Shown: piece by piece, positions 50,875 to 64,000 of the stretch
How positions within the stretch are numbered: position 1 is the stretch's first letter
Layout of the letters: each line of letters starts with the position of its first letter
NCBI GenBank assembly: GCA_048128005.1
Contig: JBEUKZ010000045.1
Location: forward strand, 62,001-126,000
Direction of reading: 5' to 3'
DNA from: Veleropilina oligotropha
Taxonomy: Eukaryota
Length of the DNA: 64,000 nt
Notes under the pieces: model-generated
The model's database searches: none
Seen by the model: only the letters and a program-made list of their open reading frames with translations
Told to the model about the DNA's origin: nothing
Translations under genes and position numbers: made by a program

Positions 50875-53487
50875 GAAATACCCCCATTCCACGTACCAGC
50901 GGATATAGAAGAGTCAGCGATGCAAGACGAGACAATGGAAGAACAAGAAAGCGACGACGGCATCGTGCAATTTGAAGTAATATTGAAGGGAACATCGAAA
51001 GGGAAACCATGCCTTGTCGAATCTTCTGGGTAGGTGTAATAATAATATGAAATATAAGTACTTTTAATTAATAATAATATAATTACAATTACTATGAAAT
51101 AATTGGAATATTTTCAGTTAATATTTCGCTTTATTATTAATTATTGATAATCGAATATTAATCTTTTTATATTTTCAGTTAATTTATTCCGCTTTATGTT
51201 GGCATTGATTGACATTCATCTAAATCTTTTTTCAGATATGCTTATGGTCTCCACCGCCGATCGAACGGCATTATCCATTGGCGTTGTACGAAACGCGGAA
51301 ATCGCTGGTTTGTCGCGCGACTGTTCGACAGGATGGTACCTCGTATCAACGTGGCTTGCACGATCAATGCCATCCACCCGAATCGTCTCTTCTTGCTAAG
51401 ACAACAATGCTTAGAGATCTGAAGACATACGCAATGGATCATCCCTTCACATCGGCATATACCATTGCTGAGACATACTCGCAGGTAATGAGTTTTTTCA
51501 AATTTTGCCAGTTACAATTTTGTAGTTCCATTGATTCCTTTGTGCCATTCCTTTCATCGCTCTCTCTATTATTTTGTAGCCAACAACCCATCTCGTTCAC
51601 AGTAGTTGTAAAGGGGTACTATCGATAATAATGTTATAGTGATGTTAATGACATATTATCATTTACAGGTTCGAGTCGAGTCCCACAACAGCGACCAGTC
51701 AGTGAACTCGGGCTGATTGCCAACCGCCATAGACAGTCCGCTCGACCGCGCCATCCGTCCGATTTAAGTTTTGAACTTATTTACGACCACGTTCCCGATG
51801 AGCTGCAGATCACAGACATCCGCGTAGGCGATCGACGTCATCTTGTGATGTATTCGCACAAACAGTTGAAGATGCTCGGACGATCTCGACGATGGTTCGT
51901 TGATGGGACGTTCAAGGTTAGTAAACTATATAAAAAAACATTTGGTAACTGGCAGAAAATCATTTAAATGCATGCAGTGTCCCCTATATAATCTTTAAAT
52001 ACATAAATTATAGACATACATATACATATAACATGTTTATTTATGTACTATCAGTTTATTGTTAACGTTTCAGGTAGTAAAACTGCCGTTTACTCAGTTG
52101 TGGAGCATCCACGCCTTCGCCAGAGTGGACGACAACATAAAGCAGCTGCCGTTGGTGTACGTGCTGATGTCTGGAAAGAGGAAACAAGATTACAAGTAAG
52201 AACTATACTTTATCGTATGATTATAAACAATTCTTTATGTAAATATACAGTATTTACTAAGAGCTATTCAATGTATACATTATTACAAATAATGTAAGCG
52301 CTTTGAGAACGCATCTCGTATGTGTTATAAAGCGCATATAAATCTTCACATTATTATTACTTACTTTACAGGTTCGTTCTACGGTCCATAAAGGAGGTAC
52401 TGGAAGAGAGCTGTGAAAACGGAGAACCATGGAGACTAGAGAGTGTTGTCGCTGATTTCGAGGCTGCTGTCTGGCAGGCATTTGCATCGGGTACGTACCT
52501 AGAACCCGTACCTACTATATATATCTGGCATTTTTATATTTTGGAACTTTAGCAGTATCAATGTATATTTAATCAACGTATGTATTATAGAATACTCGAA
52601 ATGATCGATGCTTAATATCTAACATATTGTCAACCATGTTTTTGTTCAAACCAGTACATGTCCATATTATCATATAATGACATATGTTCCAATTGTGTAT
52701 TATGCATGGACCCGATTATCAATATATGTGTTTATAAGAATTATTTTATGTTTTTACAGAATTCCCTGAAGTCAGTATGCACGGTTGTGCATTCCATTGG
52801 ACACAGGCTGTGTGGCGGAAAATGCAAGAGCTCGGTTTGCAGTCCGCATACAACAACGACCCCGCTACGAATCAATACGGAAAGCAGATATTATCATTGC
52901 CGTACCTTCCAGCTGCGCTAATTCCATCAATGGCAACAGAACTTCTGGACGAGGCAGTTACCGACACCCAACGCGTCCTCATGGCCTACGTATCGCAAAC
53001 ATGGATAGAGAGCTCCCTGTGGCCACCCTCCACCTGGTATGTTCATTAATAATTTTCATGTTAAGAGGTTTTAAGAGATTTCCTTTTTTGTTCAGATTGT
53101 TTTCTTAAAATAATTGAAGTACCGGCAACTGGATAATGTCACATTATTAATTATTAAATTATTAATTTCAGGTCGGTATTTCACCGATCCATCCGCACCA
53201 ACAACGATGCAGAGGGGTGGCACCGGCGCCTCAACGCAAAGGCAAGCAGGGGCAACCTAAACATGTATTTGCTGATGTCCCTGCTTGCCAGTGAAGCTAC
53301 TCTCGTCGAAACAGAGGTGCAGCTGCTACGAGAGTCTGCAATCACTAGAAGGCAGCGAAGTACGAAAAACACCAAAAGACTCTTCGCTGCCTGGGACAAA
53401 CTTGTTGCCCGAGAAAGAACACCAAGACAAACCCTTCGAGCGGTGAGCCACGTGGCACCCATGCCCACCGAGGTTCGAGACATATAA
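50875..53487 (+). pseudogene. Intron-containing FLYWCH-MULE transposase (7 exons; one frameshift near 51295); element spans ~49696-54320
   Basis: GT-AG exons at ~50875-51029, 51236-51484, 51670-51916, 52074-52195, 52372-52490, 52760-53035 and 53172-53487: WRC..C.ATV, WFVDGTFK, QLWSIH, LPLVYVLMS, VADFE, GCAFHWTQ, RTNNDAEGWH. Confidence 0.88.
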
Positions 53488-54954
53488 AGAAACGCTTAAT
53501 GTGTATGCTAGTGTAAAACTGTAAATAGTGTAAATATACTTGTTCTTGTCTACTGTATGTCATGCTTTTTATTGTAAATATGAAATAATCAACTGTTTCT
53601 GTTCTTGTCTACTGTGTGTCATGTTTTTTGTTGTAAATATAAAATAATCAACTGTCTCGGACCCACTGTCTCGATCTGTTCTTGTCTACATTTATTGTAA
53701 ATATATTTTTCGCATTAAATAAACCATTGTATTTATAACTTTCTCCTTGTTGATATTTATTATTTATTGTATGGTATTTAGCTAAATATTATTCAAAATT
53801 GCATTCAGAAGATCCACGTACACCGCTCAAAGTCGCAAATGATATTCTGTGAGCACTGTCTCCCTCACCCATTTCCAGCGTCCATTCAAGTTGGCGATTG
53901 ATTTGATTTGATTTGATTTGATTTGATTCTGACATTATTTTTCGTCAACAGTAAGAAATTTTGGCGTCATGTTCTCAGAAAAAACAAATCGTGTCCCTGT
54001 GTTACTAGGAACTTGAAATAATAATCATCAGGTAGAAGTCGTCACTTTTCGAAAGTAATCGATCTTGAGGGGATAATTTCTAACGAAGCTTCTGTTTAAA
54101 TCTAAAAGTGAGAACGGCCAAGACTTTAGGTCAAGTCAAGTCTGTAGTTCATATTTATAATTTATTATACTGTATGATATTTAATTCATTATTATTCAAA
54201 ATTGCAAGTAGTCATATCGGTACACCCCACAAAAATAGTAGTAGTTACTTCGGTACGGATTTTAAGCTCGGCCGAAATAACCGTGTGACGTTTTGACCGG
54301 TATGACCGGTATGACCGGTATGTTTTCAAATGTATGTTTTCAAATGTTTTCGTATGATATATTGCTAGATAATGTGGGAACATAGGCATGAAATTATTCA
54401 TTTTCACTCCGGAATTAAGTTAAAACATGCAAGTAATATATTCAAACATAATTTGATGGAACAATTGTGGGCTTGCTGCCTTTGAGATGATACGAAAATA
54501 ATCAACCATATTCCCATAATAAATGGTCTATTTTTACGTGAACACAACGTGGTAATTACGTTGCAGAACTACTAAAACATATGTAATATACTTAGCAGTG
54601 CTTAGGTGGAAAATAGTTCAAATTAATATTCTAATAGGGTAACATATGGAAAATACAAATAACATAACAGAATATTTTTCTTAGATGAAGACATCCGTAA
54701 CGTTGCAGCAACGTGGCTATCACGTTGTGTGAAGTTGTGGCCAGTGACACCAAAATACCACATTCACACAACGTGGTAGCAACGTGGCGTGCTAGCTGGG
54801 ATACTATCATATATAATCGTGTCGCAAAAACAGACAATAGGATGCATTTTGGCTGGGGCCGATTTATTTGATAAATTGATAAAAAATACCCTGCCCTTGC
54901 GAAACATAATTGATTGCTTGCCTCTTACCACGTTACACCACAGTTAGTATCCCT

Positions 54955-55550
54955 GTTTTATCGTATCACTCCGACCAGACCAATGTTTTATCGTGTCTCT
55001 CCGACAAGACCCATGTTTATTGTGTCTCTCCGACGAGACCCATGTTTTATTGTGTCTCTCCGACGAGACCCATGTTTTATCGTGTCTCTCCGATCAGACC
55101 CATGTTTTGTCGTGTTTCTCCGACAAGACCCATGTTTCATAGTGTCTCTCCGATCAGACTCCTATTTTATCGTGTCTCTTCGACCAGACCCATGTTTTAT
55201 CGTATCTCTGCGACCAGATCCATGTTTTGTCGCATCTCTCCGACCAGACCCATGTTTTATCGTATCTCGCCGACCAGACTCATATGTTATCGCATCTCTC
55301 CAAACATACCCTTAAACGGCTTTATCTTGTCTCTCCGACTAGACCCATGTTTTATCGCATCTCTCCGACCAGACCCATGTTTTATCGTATATCTCCGACC
55401 AGACCCATGCTTTATCGCATCTCTCAAATCATACCCTTAAATTGTTTTATCTTGTCTCCCCGACTAGACACATGTCTTATCGCATCTCACCCGCCATACC
55501 CATGTTTTATCGCATCTCTCGGACCAGACCCATGATTTATCGTATCTCTC
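54955..55550. repeat. 30-bp minisatellite, about 20 degenerate units
   Basis: Unit ~CGTGTCTCTCCGACCAGACCCATGTTTTAT in head-to-tail tandem. Confidence 0.92.
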
Positions 55551-57051
55551 CCACCGGACACCGCATGGTTAGTGCCCGGCATGCTCATCCACCCAAAGAC
55601 TGACCACGCTCAGCATCTCGTCATCTCACAGATCTCGCGAGAACATCGTGATTTGGACGAAGGCGCTAAATATAGAGTATAAGGAATGTATATATACTAA
55701 TATAATGCTTCTATTTAACAATATTACACATTTACCTATAAACCAATATTTATTTAGGTATAGGCAGATGAAATTACAGTAAAATTGCATGTGATAACAT
55801 ACTACGATATTGTAACAATACAATATATTAATTGTAATGTCAATGTCACGTAAATGACGTACATACGGCCATCTGATGGCAAGTTGACAATTTCTCACAT
55901 GGTTTTTTGTTGATAGTTAGAGTATTTACAGTAAACATATATTACAATCTCTCTTTTTACAGCTAAAAATGCAAATAATAAATGTAGGACGAACGCAACG
56001 ATTTCGAAATGTTTAAACGTGAAGAACTGCATGACGAACATTTAATTACACTTGACAGTAAATTATACAAACTCTTTCAGTTATGTCCCATCGTCGCCGC
56101 GGGAACTCAAGGCTAGCCCCATTTCGTCCGCCCATTCACACATGAAATAACATGTGCCTAGCCGCTGAATTAGTCCATACGTTATTTAGACTTTCACCGG
56201 GCAACTATAATCCTTTAACATTATTTCTTGGCAACGGCATTTCTACCCATAGTTATAAATTGCGTTCAGCATTCACCTTGTCAACTAATATGACTGGCTA
56301 TCAACGCAAAGGAGTCTGAATTGTGTTATTATATATTATTTTAAATATCACATTCGCGACAATCATCCTTGATATATATCACGTTGGACGTGAAGAATGT
56401 TGTTTTCCACCTCAAATCAGATGTTCTGTATTTGTTCACGTTTAAAGCATTTCGGCGCTATTTCGCAATATTTTCGAAAACCCTATTCAAATATCGCGAT
56501 AACAAAAAGGGGTATAGTACTTGCATGTTTATATAGGTAATCTTTGTTAGAATAACCGTTTTCGAATATAAATATAGGACCACGCCGTTGGTGCAATGGA
56601 TGCGACCGTTGCTCTCTAGTACATCACGTAAATCGCTTGGTAGCGCTGTTTATCATGTTGATTAGAGTTTTCGACTGGGCCCTTTGTTAGAGTGTGTTCC
56701 CCGGGCGACCGGACATTCTTGCTGCAACAATATGCACATTTTCTGATATGACCTTGAATTTTTTTTTTTAATCGGGCAAATTGAGTCGACCCAAACCGAA
56801 GTCCGAAATATTTCTAAGGTAGTCAGGATTACTGAATAGTCAAGGTGCAACTTTAATTAATGTATGTGCGTGTATGCATGATCTCCCGAGGCTGTATTAG
56901 TCTGTATTAGTAGCACAAATGGTGTTAGTGGTACAAATACATTGCTTGCATATATTATATATTCACAAACAATTTCCACGAATATAAAAATGAACGATGC
57001 CTCGTCTGTCTTTCGACCTATCATTAATTTTGTTTTTTCTCTCATTTGCAT

Positions 57052-60000
57052 CTAAAATGCCGTTACTGCATCGTCCTGCTCCGGGGCATATACGGGATTG
57101 TCCTGGCCAAGTCTGTTTTTCTCTTCAAACGTCGATGGATTTATGGGATCGCCGTTGTTTTGCTGAGATTTACTCTTCTCAATGTCAGAGGATGCTGGGA
57201 AATTGTATTCCTGAATTGAAAACATAAATTTGTCATGATCTAAAAGAAATAATTTGAGACGGAATAATTTTAAAATATATACAAAAACAACATTCAATGG
57301 GGCATATAACGGTCGCCATTTTAACTATATACAGATATGATGGGTGGCATTATTGTTACTCTGACAGGTCATAAAATCGAAACGAGTTATTTATTCATTT
57401 GCCAGAACTAACTCAATTACAAATCACTGCGATTTTACCTCGTGGGGTTCTGCACCCATCCTTAATGGCTTTTTCGCCTTTTCTGAAAGGCAGCAGCATA
57501 TTTTGCCTACTAACGGACATATTAATCGGGAATCGAGTGAGCTTGGTCTTGTATATCCTAAATAAGAAACAAATGGTAATACATCTGAAATGGTCGGTGT
57601 GTTATGGTGCTAGTGTTTGTGAGATTAGTGGTTCTTTTGGACGATAAATGGCATGTGTCACAAATAACGGTGTTTTGCTATTGAGACATGACTCGTGTAC
57701 AAATGAATTTGAAGCGTCGCTCTTGCCATTTGACTCAGTGTTATAGTGACTATTGGCAGTATTAACCGCAATTTTCGTGCATGTGTAGCATGACTGAACA
57801 GCCACTCTCGTATAACTATAAATGAATCGGTCGCGCGTTTCGTACAGACTGATCTAAATTTTTCGGAAATATCACTCGGTGAGAGGTATTTAAAAGCGGA
57901 CCATTAACGATTAATTTAAATGGTATTAAATTACTGACGAAAGTTAAGTGTTGAATATTCCTAATTGTTTGTGCTGTAAGCAAAAAATATAATGCGGGTA
58001 GCTTGATTTGCAATGAAAAAAATAGCACATTTACAAGCAATAGTCTATTTAAAGTATTATGTATAGGTTTAATACATATAATATACATTTACCGAATTTC
58101 CAAAGCAAATATAAGATATAGATTGGGATCTACAGTAAGTTCCTTCTATGGGCAAATTATCATAAAAATATGTTTCAAGTTCGCATACCTGTTAAGAAAC
58201 TGACCAACAATCCAACTACCACCATGGTCAAGGTGGCAACAGGGGTGTACCATAGATACGACAGCGTGTAGAGTCGGTAGGTAAGAAATCTGAAAGCGAA
58301 GAAGTGACTATTTACGAATCATATGCTAAATTACTGATTATAATAATTATGCAATATTAAAATAAACTTGCAAATATGCAAAAAAAACACCAAAGGTACT
58401 AGAAAGTACAAGAACGACAGAAGAATAATTTTGAAGATGAAGGGTGTTTTATTTTATCTGGGACTACTGTCTAATAAAGTAGTCCCAGATTTTATATATC
58501 ATTTGGTTCCTTTGATTCATGTTTTCCTACTGGTGAATTCTTGCTATCGAGATCTCATATAGGCCTACCATGTATAATGAAATCTTTCCAAACGTGTGGA
58601 CATGTATTATCTGGTTGATTATCACATAGTATTATTCTACTGTTTTCGCCAAATTGACCCTTACGATGTAGATTCCGGGTCGACCATTGTGACCGTCGGC
58701 GTGTAGGTGATGTTGATAGCTGTCCAGTTGCAGCCGTATGTATACACGGGAGACAGGGGGTTGTGCTTCGGCTTCACTATCGTGGCGCCAATGGCGATCC
58801 ACCCAACAAGGCCCAAACTGCACGCGAGACCACAGAGGGCGCCCTGAAAATATGAATGTCATCACGTTACAATTCGAATAAGCAATGATTATTTGCGGGA
58901 AAGAGTGGTAATCTGTAAAGGATGGTGATATTCTTACAATTTTAACATGGATATTCAATATGTTTCTACTTCTATCAGTTCCGACCATATTGATGTATAC
59001 TGTCTGGCTTCATGGTTGGGATTTTTGTAAACCTTCTTTCAAAGAAATATGTAATTCATAGTTTGATGCTAGTATTCGTTTGTATTTATCAGATCTATCG
59101 TTATTATTTTCAGTGAATCTCAAGAGCATAATCAAAGAAACACATATAAATGTCGTAATTATAAGGTATAAAATAAATATGAAGGATTCCAAGTAAACCT
59201 AGTATTAGTTAAAATATACTTACGTAATTACCTATACCATAATAGCCCTATTATCGCTAAACCGGAAACAGTGAAAAGCGTTTACACGGTTATCTCATCT
59301 GCTCACCATCTTCAACGTTCCTCTCACGAGACTTGAGCGTAGTCGAAATCGAGGCCCGATAACCTTTGACGGCCGAGACTGGCAGTCCTCGTTCGAATAG
59401 CGACGAAATAAACTCGATAAACTTGTTCACAGGGGGACTGAGTAAATTGGCGTTCCACCCGTGACACCAATCCACGTATCTAAACCTTGTGCTGGGCGGC
59501 GCGGGATAGATGGCTCCTTTCAGGAGTAGGTCCCGCATTGTCTGGTCTAAGACCGCTTGCTTATCTCTGTAGAGGCGGCGAGCGCATCTTGGTGGTGGTG
59601 TCACGGTTAGGGTTGGATGCCGGTTGAATTCCAACTTGTATTCAGCTCTCACGACTGAGTGGACCCAGCTGCTGTCTGTCAGCTCCAGCCACGTCTGGCT
59701 GTAGGCTAACAGACACGCTTCCACCGGCGGAAGCGCGCAGCTGTGGCCGTCGCGAGTGCCGGCAACCCTAGGGCCGCAACGGCATCCCTCTCCCGCTCTG
59801 ACGGGATTTGGTTGGAGGCCCTTTCATCTCGTTGGATTTCCGGACCGGACGACCACCCCGAGAAGGTTTGGCGTGCTTGGAAGGTTTCGGACATCGAGAC
59901 GGGGCCGAGCGCTTCCTTGAGGGAGCAGGAGGAGGACTCCGAGGGGTGGTCAACACAGCTCGCTCAATCGCACTATCCTTCAACTCCACTGTTCTCTTGT

Positions 60001-63000
60001 CGGCAAATTCAGAGAATTCCCCTCCGAAGAGAGTCGAGGCCGACAAGGGCGCACATCGCAGAGAGCGCCGGGTGGCGTCGTCTAACGATGTTCTCTTGAG
60101 GCAGGCGTCCCTACGAAGTAGGAGCGGGTTGCTTAGGATTCGAGCGAACTGCAACGCGTTGCTCTCCGTGGCATCAACAACCTCGTGGAGGAAAGACAGG
60201 GTGGTTTCACGAGCGCCGGGTCCATCCTCTTGTAGAATGGTTATCGCACCGTCCAGGAACGAGTCCTGTACGGAAGGCAGCCGCAGAGCCCGTCGACCAG
60301 AGCTCTCGAAGGCATCCATGGCGGCCCATGGTACCTTCGCTAACGAGGGAGATTGGCTGGCGGACAGACGACGCATCGCTACGTCAATCTGTGCCGGTTC
60401 AGCCACCAGGCACGGTTCAAAAAGGGCGATCGGTAAAGACCGATTACTGGGGCCGGATGTATCTTCCTCTACGGAGACTCCGAGGGAACTCCGTGAGTGA
60501 AGACGTCTCCACCGTTTTGCCTCCCTGAATGGCCCGGGTGGTCTGATCAAGGACCAGGTCCACAAATCCAGACTGGCGGAGTACAGGAACCTGGGGGGCT
60601 TCCAACTCAGCGAAACGGTGTGCTGCCTTCCTGTGCTTGACCATGCCGGGTCGGGTAGATCTATCACCCCGCGAAGCGACGCGACCGCGTCGTACCTTCG
60701 GCGGGTGGTGGAGATCGGCTCCTGCATGCCTGATTGACTACGAGAGTCATCGGGACCGACCAATTCAAGGAGATCGGGGTGATCGGAAGAGACGTTCACG
60801 TCGGAACGAGGATCGACCTCCATCACCGAAGCAGGAGTCGTGATCTGCGCCACGGGCAGAGGAGCAGGGACCTGGGGCGGCTGACCAGCCAAAAGCCAGG
60901 CCCTACTGCGGGCCTCGAATTCCGCCGCGATCACAGCCTGGACGCTCTCCATAGAGAGACCAACAGGCATGACGGTCGTCGATCCAACAGCCAGTGGATC
61001 GCTCGAGGTTACCGTGGCACATGCTGGACGGGCTGCTGGGAAAACCAGGGTCTCGCATCACCTGCCGAACGGTTGCTACCGGAGAATGGCCAAACGGGCG
61101 AGTTAACCGGAGCTCGACCTCCGAAAGACTGCGTCCATAGTCACGTGAAGGTCGCCACTCTGTTCGGTGGATAGAAGGGGGGCACCCCCGCGTGCGTATC
61201 CATCCCGAATGCAGCCGGTCCGTCCGCATCAACTAGTCTTAACCCAAGGGGAAGGGGGGAGTTGACGGGCCCTTCGACAAGACTGTGAGCTCCGAGGTGT
61301 AAGGACGAACATTGGAGAGGGTCGGTCGCACCATCGGCCAGTGTTTCGCTGGGGATCCGGATTTTAGACCACCTTGGTGGTGTCCGGCAACTATACCAGC
61401 TTTCTCTGCCGTCTGCTCTATGCCGCTTGACATAAGGCTTCTTGCCGTGGGGTGTCGGCGGCAGATCCTGCGACATGCAATGCCCCAGTTCGCGTGTTAC
61501 CCGTTCTCCCGACTTACCCTTCATCTGTTCCTCCGGGGGATGGCCAACCGAGTCGGACTCCCTGGTAGCCCTCTCGGGTGGGTAGATCAGTGACCACTGC
61601 CTATCCGTTAAAGCTAGACAATATTTACAAGGGTATTTTGCGACATACCGTATGTGGATCTTTTCCTTTATACGACCCAAAATTTTCAAATTGTCAAATT
61701 ATTGATTGGAATAATAATACCAAATTTTAATTCATAAAAATATAAGTATGCTACCTTACTGTTTGATACATGAAATAAAGATCCATATATGTTATTGTCA
61801 AGTATTAAGCTAGTTTACTTGACGAGCAGAAACCACGCAACTGTGCTCCAACTAGGTCAATAGGAAATGAATGGATCTATCTGATCTGTTAAATCCATGG
61901 GGACTAGCAACAGGTGAACCTCGGTCAGTCCAGGCTCACGGGGCAGTCCGGTGTATATACGTTTGTAAAGCCAATACAACTACGTACTCATCACGTGTAT
62001 CTTATCGCAAGCTGCATTTGTCTTTAGTAGAAATTTGGGGTCGCATAAAGGAAAAGAACCCCGTATGTTTGTCGAAGCTGTGTATCTTTTGATTACATTC
62101 AAGGTTACCGCTGCGGACCATGGCTGATTACACGGGTAGGATAGCGAGTGAGTGACAGGGTAGTACGCTTCACGTGATACAACTACCACAATCTTTAAGG
62201 AAGTCTCTAATCCGTAGAGTTGTCGGAAAAGACTAGATATGAACCTCACACTTGATACTAAATATCAGTAGCAAGTACCCCGACCAAGATAAATACCAAG
62301 ACCGACTATATTAAAGCTTTATTAAGTAGGCTAGTCGGTCACACGCTAAATTGAATACGGGAGGTTATACATAGAAAACCGCCATGAACACCTGAAAACC
62401 TCGTGGTTGTTTATTTAACTGTGACGAATTATTCCAGATTCGGCAGATAGACAGAATAACGCACGTTAATACCTAAAGATCTGCATTGTTAGCGACGTTA
62501 AATTCGATTGAACAAAGTTACTAAGAATTTAAGGAAGCTACACCGCTAAGGAATTATTTAATATATATATATGAACTACACAGTAATATTAAGCAATATT
62601 AGACCAAAAACACTTCTTCCTTTGAAAGGTTCGAGTACACGAAACTTTCCCGCTTGAAGATCTTTTCACTTTTATCGGAGAAATCGAAATACTCGTGGCC
62701 CGTAACACAAATCTTCTGTTTTGGTAAATCCGGTCCCAAATAATACTCCTTCACAGTTAGCTTGTACAATGATTATCTAATCATAATCGGCACTTTATAG
62801 TGCGCAAGTAACTCTTTAAAGGTACACTTTATAACAAAAGATCGTCTTATTGGCAGAACAAATTCAAGCACGTCCGGACGGTTTGACGGATGACTTAAAA
62901 TTGGCTTGGCTCTGCCTCGATCTCGGAGATCTCGCGAGACTTGGGCAAGTCTCGTGAGAGGAACGTTGAAGAGGGTGAGCAGGGGAGGTAAGCGTGTACA

Positions 63001-64000
63001 AATTTATGAAAGTGAAAACGCTTTTCACAGTTTCCGGTTTAGCGATAATAGGGATATTATGGCATAGGTAATGATGACACATTGTATATTTGCAACTAAT
63101 ATGTTCATTTTCCGCATCGTTACCTTAGCGTTAGACCACGGAAATAAAATCCCCAGGACAAACAATCCGAAGAGAGGGCCACTCAACACGCTGGTGATGG
63201 CGTACGATGCCTGGAAGATAAAGATGCTTTACATACATATATACAGAGTGCTTTATAGGCACGGGCTATGACAACGTGGTCATTATTTTATTTTCAGTTT
63301 ATTGTTTATTGAACGTATTTTATTGCAATAATACAATTTTTGAATCGGGCAAAAGTTATTACAACTTACATTGGCCCTTTCCATACAGAAATGTATACAA
63401 CATGGGAACTTTTAAACAATCATTATAGTAACATACATATAGTGCTGTGCGGTGGGGTGCTCGTGAGAGGGTGCTGGGGCAATGAATATTTGTTCATGCT
63501 AGTAATTCATTATTACATAAATGTTTATCTATATAGTATAGTGCATGTATAACGATTGTCGGTGATGTATGCTATGGACAATGTAGCAAGGTATTATTGA
63601 TTTGAGAATTTTCAGTAGTATCTTCTATTGAAGAAATACTGCTGGTTAGTAGATGTTTAGATAGGTACTTATTTTTCTCCACATATAAATACAAAATAAG
63701 ATTGTGCAACGGACTTATTCCATTTAGGTAATGTCGTTCGGATAACTAAATTAATATACAGTATAATATAAAGAGCAACATATAATATAAAGAACAAAGA
63801 ATGTAATTCAGTTTGGGTAATATACTAGCTGGTTGTTAATGGAACTCGATATCTGTTCTATTGGCCATCGAGGAATGCATATCCAGATCGAGTAGACTCC
63901 CTTTGCTGAACTTTATTTCCCGTCGCAGTTGTTGTATATTTTTTCCCCAGTCAACGAATGAAACCTGCTGGATTGTACGCACTACAACTTACCTGCATAA
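57052..64000 (-). CDS. 3' part of an SLC5-family sodium:solute symporter (SLC5A8/SLC5A12/SLC5A6-like), multi-exon, runs off the window
   Basis: Phase-compatible GT-AG exons >64000-63993, 63210-63124 (ASYAITSVLSGPLFGLFVLGILFPWSNAK), 58843-58665 (GALCGLACSLGLVGWIAIG), 58289-58189 (LYTLSYLWY...VGLLVSFLTG), 57557-57439, and 57210-57052 (ends DNPVY...VTAF*). Confidence 0.92.
59227..63072. repeat. ~57-bp inverted repeats enclosing the DIRS remnant
   Basis: ATTACCTATACCATAATAGCCCTATTATCGCTAAACCGGAAACAGTGAAAAGCGTTT (59227-59283) versus its reverse complement at 63016-63072, three mismatches. Confidence 0.8.
59290..61690 (-). mobile_element. Internally deleted DIRS-like (tyrosine recombinase) retrotransposon in an SLC5 intron
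   Basis: Gag-like ORF 59768-60970 (ARILSNPLLLRRDACL..LRCAPL..TLFG), then RT N-terminus (W..LTDSSWV..VV..YKLEF..DLLLKGAI) joined directly to the YR N-terminal domain (YVDWC..FIEFISSLFERGL..SAVKGYRASIS). Confidence 0.75.

Larger units (their letters stand above)
46560..54800 (-). repeat. Right arm of giant inverted repeat (46560-49695 plus ~54330-54800), split by a MULE
   Basis: Ends ...GTGGCGTGCTAGCTGGG at 54800; contains the empty viral site at ~48124-48135. Confidence 0.88.

Noticed and set aside
54955..55550. Possible CRISPR array
   Set aside because: Head-to-tail tandem units with no unique spacers, eukaryotic context and no cas genes.
58632..58988. 118-aa ORF as a gene
   Set aside because: Wrong frame; the real coding part is the SLC5 exon 58843-58665.
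59808..61593. Plus-strand ORFs up to 230 aa
   Set aside because: Antisense to the DIRS gag-like region in GC-rich sequence.

Overview
AT-rich animal (invertebrate-type) genomic DNA, dense in repeats. The centrepiece is a GC-richer 15,130-bp endogenous Polinton-like (adintovirus/MELD-type) DNA virus at 27453-42582. It has ~290-bp TIRs (5'-AGCAGCAG...CTGCTGCT-3') and a 5-bp TSD (AACCG), and encodes a major capsid protein, penton, A32-type packaging ATPase, RVE integrase and several membrane proteins. Its replicase is unusual: after repairing two nonsense codons and one frameshift it reads as one ~1240-aa polypeptide of vOTU-like protease, exonuclease-less degenerate PolB, SF1B helicase and HNH/EndoVII nuclease. 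No adenain protease is visible. The virus sits in one arm of a giant inverted repeat (25416 to 54800) whose other arm keeps the empty site and carries an intron-rich MULE. Also present: L2- and CR1-type LINEs, a second MULE, SINEs and MITEs, a DIRS remnant, a 30-bp minisatellite, the first coding exon of an SLC43-like gene, and the 3' exons of an SLC5A8-like gene (both minus strand). Family assignments come from motif recognition by eye, not database searches.
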